Of a DNA stretch of 64,000 nucleotides, positions 55,471 through 64,000 are shown piece after piece. How positions within the stretch are numbered: the stretch's first letter is position 1; each line of letters opens with the position of its first letter. Location of the stretch: positions 5,893-69,892 of the forward strand of contig JBCCCT010000001.1 of assembly GCA_039033355.1 (NCBI GenBank). Direction: 5' to 3'. The notes beneath the pieces are model-generated. The model saw only the letters and a list, made by a program, of their open reading frames with translations. It was not told where the DNA came from and made no database searches. The DNA is from Pseudomonadota bacterium (GTDB lineage: Bacteria > Pseudomonadota > Alphaproteobacteria > Caulobacterales > Hyphomonadaceae). A program made the position numbers and the translations under genes.

Positions 55471-55790
55471 CTAGTCATCGATGGGGGGCAGCAAAGGCGG
55501 GATCTCATTTCCCTCCGTATCCATCACAACATAAACCAGAGGATAAACGACGCCCTTGCGCGCGACGGCTTTGCCGTCAACGTTTTTTTGGTGCGAATTT
55601 CAGTGTTGCCACCGCATTTCGTGATGAGTTCACAAAGCCGGGGTGGCCGCACTTAACGTCCAGATTGGTGACATTGCCTTTGGGCGTCACAAAAGCCCAC
55701 CTCCCACCGGCATGAAAACCGAAAGCCCGTTCATACGCCAGACTTTTCCTGTCCGGACAGGCCTTCGGTGTCCGTTTTCCGCTTCGATGA
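55471..55790 (-). pseudogene. TonB C-terminal-domain-like gene remnant, frameshifted at a homopolymer
   Basis: My own minus-strand translation gives ...AFVTPKGNVTNLDVKCGHPGFVNSSRNAVATLKFAPKK, then a stop. In the next frame it continues NVDGKAVARKGVVYPLVYVVMDTEGNEIPPLLPPIDD*. The frames join at the T7 run 55583-55589. There is no start codon, TM or Pro-rich region upstream. Confidence 0.4.
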
Positions 55791-55800
55791 ACGAGACCAA

Positions 55801-56532
55801 CTATTCCTCGGTCTCGGTTTCGTCGTCTTTCAAGATGATTTTCTTTATCTCAATGTCGATGTCTTCGTCGATGCCGGCTTCGCCCAGCGCTTCTTCGATC
55901 AGGACATCCAGATCCGCCTCGGTGAGTTCATCGCCGGAATCGATCCGCTTGACGATAACTTTCTTGTGCGACTCGACTTTGACTTCGCCGTGAATTTCGC
56001 CGCCGGCTTCATCGTTAAAGGTGAGCACTTTAACGACTTTCTTGGTCACGATTTCACCGTCCTCGCCTGTCTCGTCATCTGTCTGAATGATCTCGATCCG
56101 ATTGCCGGCTGCTTCCAACTCTTCCCGGCTGACGCCGCCAGAGCCATCCGTGTCGAGCTTGGCGATAATGTCCGCATCATATCCGGGCGCGATTTCGCCC
56201 TCGGTGATGAGGCCATCATTATTCTTGTCGAGTGCGTCGAATGGCGTTGAATCGGCTGCCGATGGCAGAGCGGTGACGGAAAAGACGCCGAGCGCGGCGC
56301 CAGCGGCGGTCGCGATCGATTTGAAGCGGTGACGTGCGAGGGTCATGGTGATCTCCTGGACCTTGTTCGGTTGTTCTTCCAGTCGAGCTTCCTCGATATA
56401 GGTGGAGATGAACCGTCGAAGCGCTTGCGACGCGGTTTCGTCGCGTTGCCTGGTCGCCGCCATGAAGTCTTGCTTCTGCTGATACGGCAACCGGATGTCC
56501 AAGCTTTCGCTCTTCTTTTCTCGACGTTTCAT
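55801..56532 (-). CDS. EF-hand calcium-binding protein, secreted or membrane-anchored (start ambiguous)
   Basis: Two canonical EF loops, DKNNDGLITEGE and DTDGSGGVSREE, and an acidic C-terminus. The internal ATG at 56346 has AGGAG 6 nt upstream and yields a classic signal peptide (MTLARHRFKSIATAAGAALGVFSVTALPSAA). The long form adds a 62-aa RHH-like N-terminus. Confidence 0.7.
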   Translation of the reverse strand: MKRREKKSESLDIRLPYQQKQDFMAATRQRDETASQALRRFISTYIEEARLEEQPNKVQEITMTLARHRFKSIATAAGAALGVFSVTALPSAADSTPFDALDKNNDGLITEGEIAPGYDADIIAKLDTDGSGGVSREELEAAGNRIEIIQTDDETGEDGEIVTKKVVKVLTFNDEAGGEIHGEVKVESHKKVIVKRIDSGDELTEADLDVLIEEALGEAGIDEDIDIEIKKIILKDDETETEE

Positions 56533-56649
56533 GTCTCACCCGATCAAATTGGCCGGACCAGTGCCCGCACATTCAAAAACCTGCTTCAATATAAAAGGAC
56601 GATTGTGCCAAGACGCCACCAGAAAAGTGTCAGGACACGTGATTTTTGG

Positions 56650-57501
56650 TCAAATCAGGCCCAGAACCGGGGCCGCTGCGATCAGCCCAATGCCCAGTAT
56701 CAATCGGTAAATCACGAAGGGCAGGAAGGTCATGCGCTTCAATAGCGTCATCAAGGCGTGGATGGAGGCGATCCCTGAAAGGAAGGCGATCACCGCGACG
56801 ATCATACCGTCCTGCAGCGTGACCAGACCGCCGGTCGAATCGGCGTCCAGCAGGCCCAGAGCCCCGTACAGACCTGCCGCGGCCAGGATCGGTGCGCCGA
56901 TCAGCATCGAAAAGCGGGCGGCCTCGGTGCGTTCATAGCCCAGCGCGCGCGCGGCTGTCATGGTGATGCCGGAACGGCTCGTTCCGGGGATCAGGGCGGC
57001 GATGGCCTGGGTCGCGCCAATCAGGGTGGCGTGGCCCAGCGTCATGTCCGCTTCGGTGCGGTCTTTGCCGCCCGCGACATCGGCCCACCAGAGTAACAGG
57101 CCAAAGCCAATCGTCGCGCCAGCCACGGTCCACACGCTGCGCAAATGCGCTTGCACGGCTTCCGGCACGAACATCTCGTGCGCAATGGCCGCGATCAGTG
57201 CGATCGGGGTCGCAACGATGATGCACAAGGCCAGGTTTGCGCCCCGTGACAGTGGCGCCTTGCGAAAACCTGCGCCGAGGAGCTCAAATCCGCCGGCGAC
57301 TGCCGCGACCACATCCTTGCGAAAGTAGATCAACATGGCCGCCAGCGTGCCGAGATTGGAGACCGCATTGATCAAAAGCTCGTCCCGGCCTTCCAGCGTG
57401 AAATAGTTGGCCGCCAGGAGCACATGCCCGGACGAGGAGATGGGCAGCCACTCGGTCAGGCCCTGAACGATTGCGATGATGGCAAGCTGTAGAAACGACA
57501 T
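56650..57501 (-). CDS. uppP: Undecaprenyl-diphosphate phosphatase (BacA/UppP)
   Basis: GLTEWLPISSSGH and PGTSRSG motifs. 283 aa with 8 TM helices. Confidence 0.9.
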   Translation of the reverse strand: MSFLQLAIIAIVQGLTEWLPISSSGHVLLAANYFTLEGRDELLINAVSNLGTLAAMLIYFRKDVVAAVAGGFELLGAGFRKAPLSRGANLALCIIVATPIALIAAIAHEMFVPEAVQAHLRSVWTVAGATIGFGLLLWWADVAGGKDRTEADMTLGHATLIGATQAIAALIPGTSRSGITMTAARALGYERTEAARFSMLIGAPILAAAGLYGALGLLDADSTGGLVTLQDGMIVAVIAFLSGIASIHALMTLLKRMTFLPFVIYRLILGIGLIAAAPVLGLI

Positions 57502-57736
57502 TCACGGGTCCAAGATGAGAATTGATCTCTCGCCTCTGACATAAATCATGCCAATACGCACCCGGAAATATAGAATATCAAAATGATACAAATACTATAC
57601 CCCCGGCTCCGAGCGAGAAATGAACTGCAGTTTCCCGGGGTGGATATATATCACAATAATATGCAGTGGATAGATTTCCCCTTGTGGCGCTATATTCCAT
57701 CCCTCATAAGCAAGGCTCCACCCTCAGGAGCTCGAT

Positions 57737-59182
57737 ATGGCAGAAAAAATGCTGCAATTCATCAAAGTCGAACGTGCCATGCCGAAAAAGCGGGCGGCCA
57801 AGATGCGCAAGGGTGACTTTAACGAGATTTACGGTGATTACGCTGCAAAAGCGGCCAAATCGCAAGCATCACGCTGTTCGCAATGCGGTGTACCTTTCTG
57901 TCAGCAAGGCTGCCCGCTCTCGAACAATATACCCGATTGGCTGAAGCTCGCCGCCGAAGACCGGCTGGAGGAGGCTTATGCCGCGTCCAGCGCGACCAAT
58001 AATATGCCAGAGATTTGCGGTCGCATCTGCCCGCAGGATCGCTTGTGCGAAGGCATTTGCACGATTGAGCAATCCGGACATGGCACGGTCACGATTGGTT
58101 CGATAGAGCGATACATCACAGACACGGCCTGGGAACAGGGCTGGGTGAAACCCATCAATCCGCCGCGTGAGCGCACGCAATCCGCCGGGATTATCGGTGC
58201 TGGCCCAGGTGGCCTGGCGGCGGCGGAACAGCTGCGCCGCAAAGGCTATCAGGTCACCGTCTACGACCGCTATGATCGCGGTGGTGGCCTGCTGGTCTAT
58301 GGCATTCCGGGCTTCAAGCTCGAAAAGGATATTGTCGAGCGTCGCATCCAACACCTGGAAGCGGGCGGCATCACGTTCCGGTTCAATTGCGATGTCGGAC
58401 GCGACATCACGCTCAATGATATTCGCGACCAGCACGATACGGTTCTGATCGCCACCGGCGTCTATAAAGCGCGCGATCTGAAAGTCCCCGGCATTGGCGC
58501 CGACGGCGTTCACGCCGCGCTTGATTTCCTGACGGCGTCCAATCGCGTCGGGTTCGGCGACACAGTCGAGGCATTTAGCGACGGCACTCTGAATGCCGAT
58601 GGCAAACGGGTGGTCGTGATAGGCGGCGGCGATACCGCGATGGACTGTGTCCGAACCGCGGTCCGTCAGGGCGCAAAATCCGTGACCTGCCTGTATCGCC
58701 GCGACCGCGCCAATATGCCGGGCTCGCAGCGCGAAGTGGCCAATGCTGAAGAAGAAGGCGTCAAGTTTGAGTGGCTGTCCGGGCCAGAAGCCGTGCTGCA
58801 CAACAAGTCCAACACCGTGAATGGCGTGAAGGTTCGGCTGATGAAGCTCGGCGCGCCGGATGCATCCGGACGCCAATCACCGGAAAAGACGGATGAGACG
58901 GTCGATCTGAAAGCTGACATGGTGATCAAGGCGCTCGGCTTTGACCCGGAAGACCTGCCGGTCCTGTTCGACGAGTCCGCTTTGCGGGTCAATCGCTGGG
59001 GCGCGATCCAGGTCGATTTCAAGACCATGGAAACCAGTCTGCCTGGCGTCTATGCGGCCGGCGATATTGTCCGCGGCGCGTCGCTCGTCGTCTGGGCCAT
59101 TGTCGATGGGCGTGAGGCTGCCGAGCACATGCACAAGGCGATGCGCGCTGTAGCGCGTGAGCGCAAGGTCGCAGCGGAGTAG
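57737..59182 (+). CDS. gltD: Glutamate synthase (NADPH) small subunit
   Basis: Fe-S cysteine clusters (CSQCGVPFCQQGCP, CGRICP..CEGIC) and the dinucleotide motifs IIGAGPGGLAAA and VIGGGDTAMDC. Confidence 0.9.
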   Translation: MAEKMLQFIKVERAMPKKRAAKMRKGDFNEIYGDYAAKAAKSQASRCSQCGVPFCQQGCPLSNNIPDWLKLAAEDRLEEAYAASSATNNMPEICGRICPQDRLCEGICTIEQSGHGTVTIGSIERYITDTAWEQGWVKPINPPRERTQSAGIIGAGPGGLAAAEQLRRKGYQVTVYDRYDRGGGLLVYGIPGFKLEKDIVERRIQHLEAGGITFRFNCDVGRDITLNDIRDQHDTVLIATGVYKARDLKVPGIGADGVHAALDFLTASNRVGFGDTVEAFSDGTLNADGKRVVVIGGGDTAMDCVRTAVRQGAKSVTCLYRRDRANMPGSQREVANAEEEGVKFEWLSGPEAVLHNKSNTVNGVKVRLMKLGAPDASGRQSPEKTDETVDLKADMVIKALGFDPEDLPVLFDESALRVNRWGAIQVDFKTMETSLPGVYAAGDIVRGASLVVWAIVDGREAAEHMHKAMRAVARERKVAAE

Positions 59183-59185
59183 GCC

Positions 59186-59557
59186 ATGCACATCAGTTTC
59201 AAACCCGACGCCCCGCCAATGCCCGAGATCAGTTTCGATGACTTTCTGTCCGTCGATATTCGCATGGGCACCGTGCTTGAAGCCACGCCACTCGAGGGCG
59301 CGCGTACGCCGTCTATCCGAATGCTGATCGATTTCGGCGCGACGATCGGACAGAAGAAAAGCGCGGCGCAGATTACCGAGCATTATGATGCGGACGGCCT
59401 GGTCGGACGCCAGGTCATGGGTGTGGTCAATTTCCCGCCGCGCCAGATCGGCAAATTCATGTCGGAAGTCCTGACCCTCGGTTTCGCAGATGCTGACGGG
59501 GCGATCCGGCTCGCAGGTCCGGACGCACCGATCGCCAATGGCACGAGGATGAGTTGA
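59186..59557 (+). CDS. tRNA-binding domain protein (CsaA/YgjH-like)
   Basis: 123 aa with the blocks FLSVDIRMGTVLEA and VVNFPPRQIGKFMSEVL, typical of EMAP/CsaA OB-fold proteins. Confidence 0.8.
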   Translation: MHISFKPDAPPMPEISFDDFLSVDIRMGTVLEATPLEGARTPSIRMLIDFGATIGQKKSAAQITEHYDADGLVGRQVMGVVNFPPRQIGKFMSEVLTLGFADADGAIRLAGPDAPIANGTRMS

Positions 59558-59558
59558 G

Positions 59559-60002
59559 ATGACTGAGATTTATAAAGGCCATTGTCTTTGCGGCGCCGTG
59601 CAACTGGAAGGTCGGGGCGCGCCCAAGCTCGAAATCTGTCATTGCAGCATGTGCCGCCAATGGCATGGCAGCCCGGCCATGGCGGCTTCCTTTGAGCACG
59701 GCGTGCACATTGTCGCCGGCAAGGAGCACATAAATGCCTATCAAAGCTCAGACTGGGCTGAGCGGGCGTTTTGCAGCAAATGCGGCACGACCCTGTATTA
59801 TCATCTGACCGATTCAGATGTCATCCATAGCAGCCAGGCCGGCCTGTTTGACTTGCCGTCCGACCTCAAGATTCACGAAGAAATCTTCGTGGACGAACAA
59901 CCCGATTATTATCGCTTCGACACAGATGCGCCGCGTATCACCAGTGCGGAAATGTTCGAGCGTTTCGAAAAATACCAAGCAGAGCAACAAAACGATGACT
60001 GA
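59559..60002 (+). CDS. GFA-family (CENP-V/glutathione-dependent formaldehyde-activating-like) zinc protein
   Basis: The cysteine pattern GHCLCGAV...CHCSMC...CSKCG is characteristic of the GFA domain. Confidence 0.8.
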   Translation: MTEIYKGHCLCGAVQLEGRGAPKLEICHCSMCRQWHGSPAMAASFEHGVHIVAGKEHINAYQSSDWAERAFCSKCGTTLYYHLTDSDVIHSSQAGLFDLPSDLKIHEEIFVDEQPDYYRFDTDAPRITSAEMFERFEKYQAEQQNDD

Positions 60003-63000
60003 TTTTGTTCAGAACTATCTCGCCAATCGCCAGCGTCTGATCGATGGCCATGCCTATAATCCCGAAGACGAGCACAGCGCCTGCGGCGTTGGTCTGGTCG
60101 CTGCGCTGGATGGTCAGCCGCGCCGGGAAATCGTTGAAATGGGCATCAAGGCGCTGAAAAATGTCTGGCACCGCGGCGCGGTGGATGCGGACGGCAAGAC
60201 GGGCGATGGCGCCGGTATTCGGGTCGAAGTACCTCAGGAATTCTTCCGCTATCAGGTCTCCCGCTGTGGTCACAAGCCGACAGATGATCCGATCTGCGTC
60301 GGTCAGATCTTCCTGCCGCGTACCGATCTGGGACAGCAGGAAGCGGCCCGCGCGATTGTCGAAACCGAGATCCTGCATTTCGGCTTCTATATCTATGGCT
60401 GGCGGCAGCCGCCCGTGGATGTTTCCATCATTGGTCAAAAAGCACAGGACACAAGGCCCGAGATCGAACAGGTCATGTTCCGCGATGATCGCGCCCGCGA
60501 TCCGGAAGAGCTGGAACGTGCGCTTTATATCTGTCGCCGCCGGATTGAACGCCGCGCTCGCGAAGCTGGTATTCCCGGCTTCTATGTCTGTTCGCTCAGC
60601 CACAAGTCGCTGATCTATAAGGGCATGTTCCTGGCCGAGGATATCGACAATTTCTATCTCGATCTGCGGGACGAGCGGTTTGAGTCGGCCGTTGCCATCT
60701 ACCACCAGCGTTATTCCACCAACACGTTTCCGCAATGGGCCCTGGCCCAGCCCTTCCGCATGTTGGCGCATAATGGCGAGATCAACACGCTGCGCGGCAA
60801 TCTGAACTGGATGAAGAGCCATGAGATCAAAATGGTCTCCGGCACGTTTGGCGACTATGTCGACGATGTAAAGCCGGTCGCGCCGCAAGGCAGTTCGGAT
60901 TCCGGCGCGCTTGATGCGGTGTTCGAGATCCTCTGCAAGGCGGGTCGCACAGCCCCGATGACCAAGGCGCTGCTGATTCCGGAAGCCTGGTCGAAGCGGG
61001 CCTCGATCATGCCGGAAAAGCATGCGGCCCTTTACGCCTATTGCAACTCGGTGATGGAACCGTGGGACGGTCCTGCTGCGATCTGCGCCTATGATGGACG
61101 CTGGGCGGTGGCCGGTCTCGACCGCAATGGCTTGCGGCCGCTGCGCTATGCCCTGACCGGCGATGGCATTCTGGCCGTCGGCTCAGAGACCGGCATGTGT
61201 CCGCTGTCCGGGCATGACGTCGTCCGCCGCGGTCATGTTCAGGCGGGCGGCATGATCGCCGCCGACCTACAGACCGGCAAATTCTATGAACATGGCGAGA
61301 TTGTCGACGAGCTCGCTGCCAAGCATCCCTATGAGGACTGGCTGAAAAATGTCCGCGACCTGGATCCCGAAATCGGGCCGGGTCCGGAACCACGCTTGTT
61401 TGACACGGAGTCCATGCTGCGTCGTCAAAAAGTCGCCGGCTTCACGATGGAAACACTGGAACTGATCCTGGCGCCAATGGCCGAGAATGGCAAAGAGGCG
61501 ATCGGGTCGATGGGAGATGACAGCCCGGTCGCGGTCCTGTCGGAAAAATTCCGGCCGCTGTCGCATTTCTTCCGCCAGAATTTCAGCCAGGTGACCAACC
61601 CGCCGGTCGACCCGCTGCGCGAAGACCGCGTGATGAGTCTGAAAACCCGGTTCAAGAATCTCGGCAATGTGCTGACCACGGATGAAACCCAACAGGATGT
61701 GTTTGTTCTGGAGAGCCCGGTCCTGTCGACAGGCATGTATAATCGCCTGGTCAATATGCTGGAGGAAGGTGTTCAGAAGATTGACTGTACGTTCGATCTT
61801 GGCGCCAGCGTCGGGGATGGCCGTGCCCTCAAACAGGCTTTGGCCCGGATCCGTCAGGAAGCCGAAGATGCCGTACGCGCCGGCCGTGAACACATTGTCC
61901 TGACCGATGAACATCAAGGCGATGAGCGCGTTGCCATTCCGATGATTCTGGCCACAGGTGCGGTGCATAGCCATCTGGTCGCGCAAGGCCTGCGGACCTT
62001 CTGTTCGCTTACGGTCCGCTCAGCTGAATGTATCGACACGCACTATTTTGCGGTCCTGATCGGAGTGGGTGCGACCTGCGTCAATGCCTATCTCGCCCAG
62101 GATGCGATCGCCGATCGACATGCCCGCGATTTACTGGGCGATGTCAGCATTGGCGAGGTTGTTCTGAACTTCAAGAAGGCGATCGAGGCCGGCTTGCTTA
62201 AAATCATGTCCAAGATGGGCATTTCGGTCATCTCATCTTATCGCGGGGGCTATAATTTCGAAGCGCTTGGCCTGTCGCGCGCGCTGGTTGCGGACTATTT
62301 CCCGGGCCTGTCCAGCCGCATTTCCGGGCTTGGCCTGGCAGGCATTGAAGAGAATGCCGTGCGACGGCACGAAGACGCGTTTGATGAAGATGTCATCGCC
62401 TTGCCGGTCGGTGGCTTCTATCGCCTTCGGGCCCGGTCGGAGCCGCATGCGCTGGATGGCAATCTGATCCATATGCTGCAGGCGGCCTGCGATCGCGGCG
62501 ACTATTCCGTGTTCGAGAAGTATGCTGATGCGGTCAATCATCGAGATCAACCGATCCAGCTGCGCGACCTGCTCGACTTCAAGCCGGCGGGTCCGAAAGA
62601 ACCGCTTGAGCGGGTGCAATCGGTCAACGAAATCCGCAAGCGCTTCGTTACGCCGGGCATGTCGCTCGGCGCGCTCAGCCCGGAAGCGCATGGCACGCTG
62701 AATGTGGCGATGAACCGGATCGGCGCCAAATCGGTTTCCGGCGAAGGCGGCGAGGTGCGCGAGCGCTATCGCCCACTGCCCAATGGTGACAATATGAACT
62801 CGGCTGTGAAACAGGTTGCGTCCGGTCGCTTTGGCGTCACGGCGGAGTATCTGAACCATTGCCGCGAAGTGGAAATCAAGGTGGCCCAAGGCGCAAAGCC
62901 TGGCGAAGGTGGTCAGCTGCCTGGCTTCAAAGTCACTGAATTCATTGCGAAAAACCGGCATTCGACGCCGGGCGTGACGCTGATCAGTCCGCCGCCGCAT

Positions 63001-64000
63001 CACGACATCTATTCGATCGAGGATCTGGCCCAGCTGATCTATGACCTTAAACAGATCAATCCGGATTGCCGGGTCTGTGTGAAACTGGTTGCTCAGTCTG
63101 GAGTCGGTACGGTCGCGGCTGGCGTCGCCAAGGCGAAGGCGGATGTCATCCTGATTGCTGGCGGTGTCGGCGGCACAGGGGCCTCACCGCAGACCAGTAT
63201 CAAATATGCTGGCCTGCCCTGGGAACTGGGTCTGGCAGAAGCACACCAGGTGCTCAGCCTCAACAATTTGCGCGACAAGGTTACCCTGCGCACCGATGGC
63301 GGTCTGCGCACCGGGCGCGACATTGTCATTGCCGCGATGCTCGGCGCAGAGGAATATGGCATTGGCACAGCTTCCCTCGTCGCGATGGGCTGTATCATGG
63401 TGCGCCAGTGTCATTCCAATACATGCCCGGTCGGGGTCTGTACGCAGGACGAGTCGCTGCGCGCGAAATTCACCGGTACGGCCGACAAGGTCATCAATCT
63501 GATGAGTTTCATCGCTGAGGATGTGCGCCGCATTCTGGCCTCGCTCGGCCTGAACTCTCTGGATGAAGCCATCGGTCGGACGGACCTCCTGGCTCAGGTC
63601 TCACGTGGTGCGCCGCACCTTGATGACCTCGATCTCAACCCGCTTCTGGTTCAGGTCGATACAGCGACAGCGGTGGAGTACAAGCCCGATCATCGCGAAG
63701 AAGTACCTGATACCCTCGACGCCCAGATCCTGCGCGATGGCGAACCTTTCTTTGCCCGTGGCGAAAAAATGCAGCTGACTTATGAAGTGCAGAACGTACA
63801 GCGCACGATTGGCGCGCGGTGCAGTTCCGCCATTGTTCGCAAGTTTGGTGAGAAAGCCCTGCCGGAAGGCCGTCTACATATTCGCCTGACTGGCAGTGCG
63901 GGCCAGTCGCTCGGCGCGTTCAGTGTTCAGGGTCTGCTGCTCGACGTCATTGGCGATGCCAATGATTATGTCGGCAAGGGCCTGTCTGGCGCGACTCTGC
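59995..64000 (+). CDS. gltB: Glutamate synthase large subunit, N-terminal ~1335 codons (3' end lies outside the window)
   Basis: It is absent from the ORF track because there is no stop in the window. My own translation from ATG at 59995 reads MTDFVQNYLANRQRLIDGHAYNPEDEHSACGVGLVAAL (Ntn Cys). The in-frame FMN-domain motif VAQGAKPGEGGQLPG is at 62881. It overlaps the gfa-like gene by 8 nt. Confidence 0.9.
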   Translation, partial: MTDFVQNYLANRQRLIDGHAYNPEDEHSACGVGLVAALDGQPRREIVEMGIKALKNVWHRGAVDADGKTGDGAGIRVEVPQEFFRYQVSRCGHKPTDDPICVGQIFLPRTDLGQQEAARAIVETEILHFGFYIYGWRQPPVDVSIIGQKAQDTRPEIEQVMFRDDRARDPEELERALYICRRRIERRAREAGIPGFYVCSLSHKSLIYKGMFLAEDIDNFYLDLRDERFESAVAIYHQRYSTNTFPQWALAQPFRMLAHNGEINTLRGNLNWMKSHEIKMVSGTFGDYVDDVKPVAPQGSSDSGALDAVFEILCKAGRTAPMTKALLIPEAWSKRASIMPEKHAALYAYCNSVMEPWDGPAAICAYDGRWAVAGLDRNGLRPLRYALTGDGILAVGSETGMCPLSGHDVVRRGHVQAGGMIAADLQTGKFYEHGEIVDELAAKHPYEDWLKNVRDLDPEIGPGPEPRLFDTESMLRRQKVAGFTMETLELILAPMAENGKEAIGSMGDDSPVAVLSEKFRPLSHFFRQNFSQVTNPPVDPLREDRVMSLKTRFKNLGNVLTTDETQQDVFVLESPVLSTGMYNRLVNMLEEGVQKIDCTFDLGASVGDGRALKQALARIRQEAEDAVRAGREHIVLTDEHQGDERVAIPMILATGAVHSHLVAQGLRTFCSLTVRSAECIDTHYFAVLIGVGATCVNAYLAQDAIADRHARDLLGDVSIGEVVLNFKKAIEAGLLKIMSKMGISVISSYRGGYNFEALGLSRALVADYFPGLSSRISGLGLAGIEENAVRRHEDAFDEDVIALPVGGFYRLRARSEPHALDGNLIHMLQAACDRGDYSVFEKYADAVNHRDQPIQLRDLLDFKPAGPKEPLERVQSVNEIRKRFVTPGMSLGALSPEAHGTLNVAMNRIGAKSVSGEGGEVRERYRPLPNGDNMNSAVKQVASGRFGVTAEYLNHCREVEIKVAQGAKPGEGGQLPGFKVTEFIAKNRHSTPGVTLISPPPHHDIYSIEDLAQLIYDLKQINPDCRVCVKLVAQSGVGTVAAGVAKAKADVILIAGGVGGTGASPQTSIKYAGLPWELGLAEAHQVLSLNNLRDKVTLRTDGGLRTGRDIVIAAMLGAEEYGIGTASLVAMGCIMVRQCHSNTCPVGVCTQDESLRAKFTGTADKVINLMSFIAEDVRRILASLGLNSLDEAIGRTDLLAQVSRGAPHLDDLDLNPLLVQVDTATAVEYKPDHREEVPDTLDAQILRDGEPFFARGEKMQLTYEVQNVQRTIGARCSSAIVRKFGEKALPEGRLHIRLTGSAGQSLGAFSVQGLLLDVIGDANDYVGKGLSGATL

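Noticed and set aside
57685-57700. TGGCGC-N5-TTCCA, resembling a sigma-54 -24/-12 element upstream of gltD
   Set aside because: The -12 element lacks the conserved GC (TTCC instead of TTGC). It cannot be supported from sequence alone.
57869-58876. 335-aa minus-strand ORF
   Set aside because: It is antisense to gltD, which has Fe-S and FAD/NAD motifs.
59938-63003. Three long minus-strand ORFs (59938..61023, 61267..61986, 62233..63003) and several shorter ones
   Set aside because: They lie antisense to the uninterrupted gltB reading frame, which carries unmistakable GOGAT motifs. Their products are Arg/Ala/His-rich and low in complexity, as is typical of antisense frames in GC-rich DNA.
1-64000. 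Search for CRISPR arrays, IS/transposase or integrase genes, tRNA/rRNA genes, toxin-antitoxin or known defence-system genes
   Set aside because: I found none by eye in either strand's ORFs or in the intergenic regions. The only multi-copy DNA repeats noticed are the 22-bp operator pair and the in-gene DASSGSS-coding repeats.

Overview
This is a high-GC chromosomal window. The protein sequences look alphaproteobacterial (Caulobacterales/Hyphomonadaceae-like), but that is only a guess. I recognised no rRNA, tRNA, CRISPR array, IS element, integrase or prophage genes.

- **1-22.7 kb: housekeeping and envelope genes.** purE (5' partial) and purK; a GtrA/GtrB-like pair next to a large membrane protein; AMP nucleosidase; a CX5R phosphatase; a nitrilase; a pirin; a BlaI/BlaR1-like pair with tandem operator repeats; a PPP-type metallophosphatase; a PepSY protein; a second polyprenyl-phosphate GT2 with a large membrane protein; MscS; an SDR; PhoD; an RluD-type pseudouridine synthase.
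- **22.7-55.5 kb: one large Wzx/Wzy-dependent polysaccharide (capsule/EPS) region.** The standard parts are a priming sugar transferase, GT4 and GT2 glycosyltransferases, two Wzy/O-antigen-ligase-like proteins, a Wzx flippase, a BY-kinase co-polymerase (Wzc-like), a short Wza-like exporter with a separate outer-membrane beta-barrel, and two acyltransferase_3 proteins.
- **Unusual accessory modules in that region.** An orphan ParA-like ATPase; a PPP-family phosphatase in the position where Wzb normally sits; a GMC oxidoreductase with two paralogous xylose-isomerase-like TIM-barrel proteins (one cytoplasmic, one Tat-lipoprotein); and a tightly coupled six-gene operon (cupin/2OG-oxygenase-like, RraA-like, two ATP-grasp ligases, Ldh_2 oxidoreductase, membrane acyltransferase).
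- **55.5-64 kb.** A decayed TonB_C-like fragment, an EF-hand protein with an in-frame RHH-like N-terminal extension, uppP, and gltD-csaA-gfa-gltB (gltB runs off the 3' end).

The accessory modules in the polysaccharide region are the best candidates for undescribed biology. All functional calls come from reading motifs in the supplied translations; no database search was possible.
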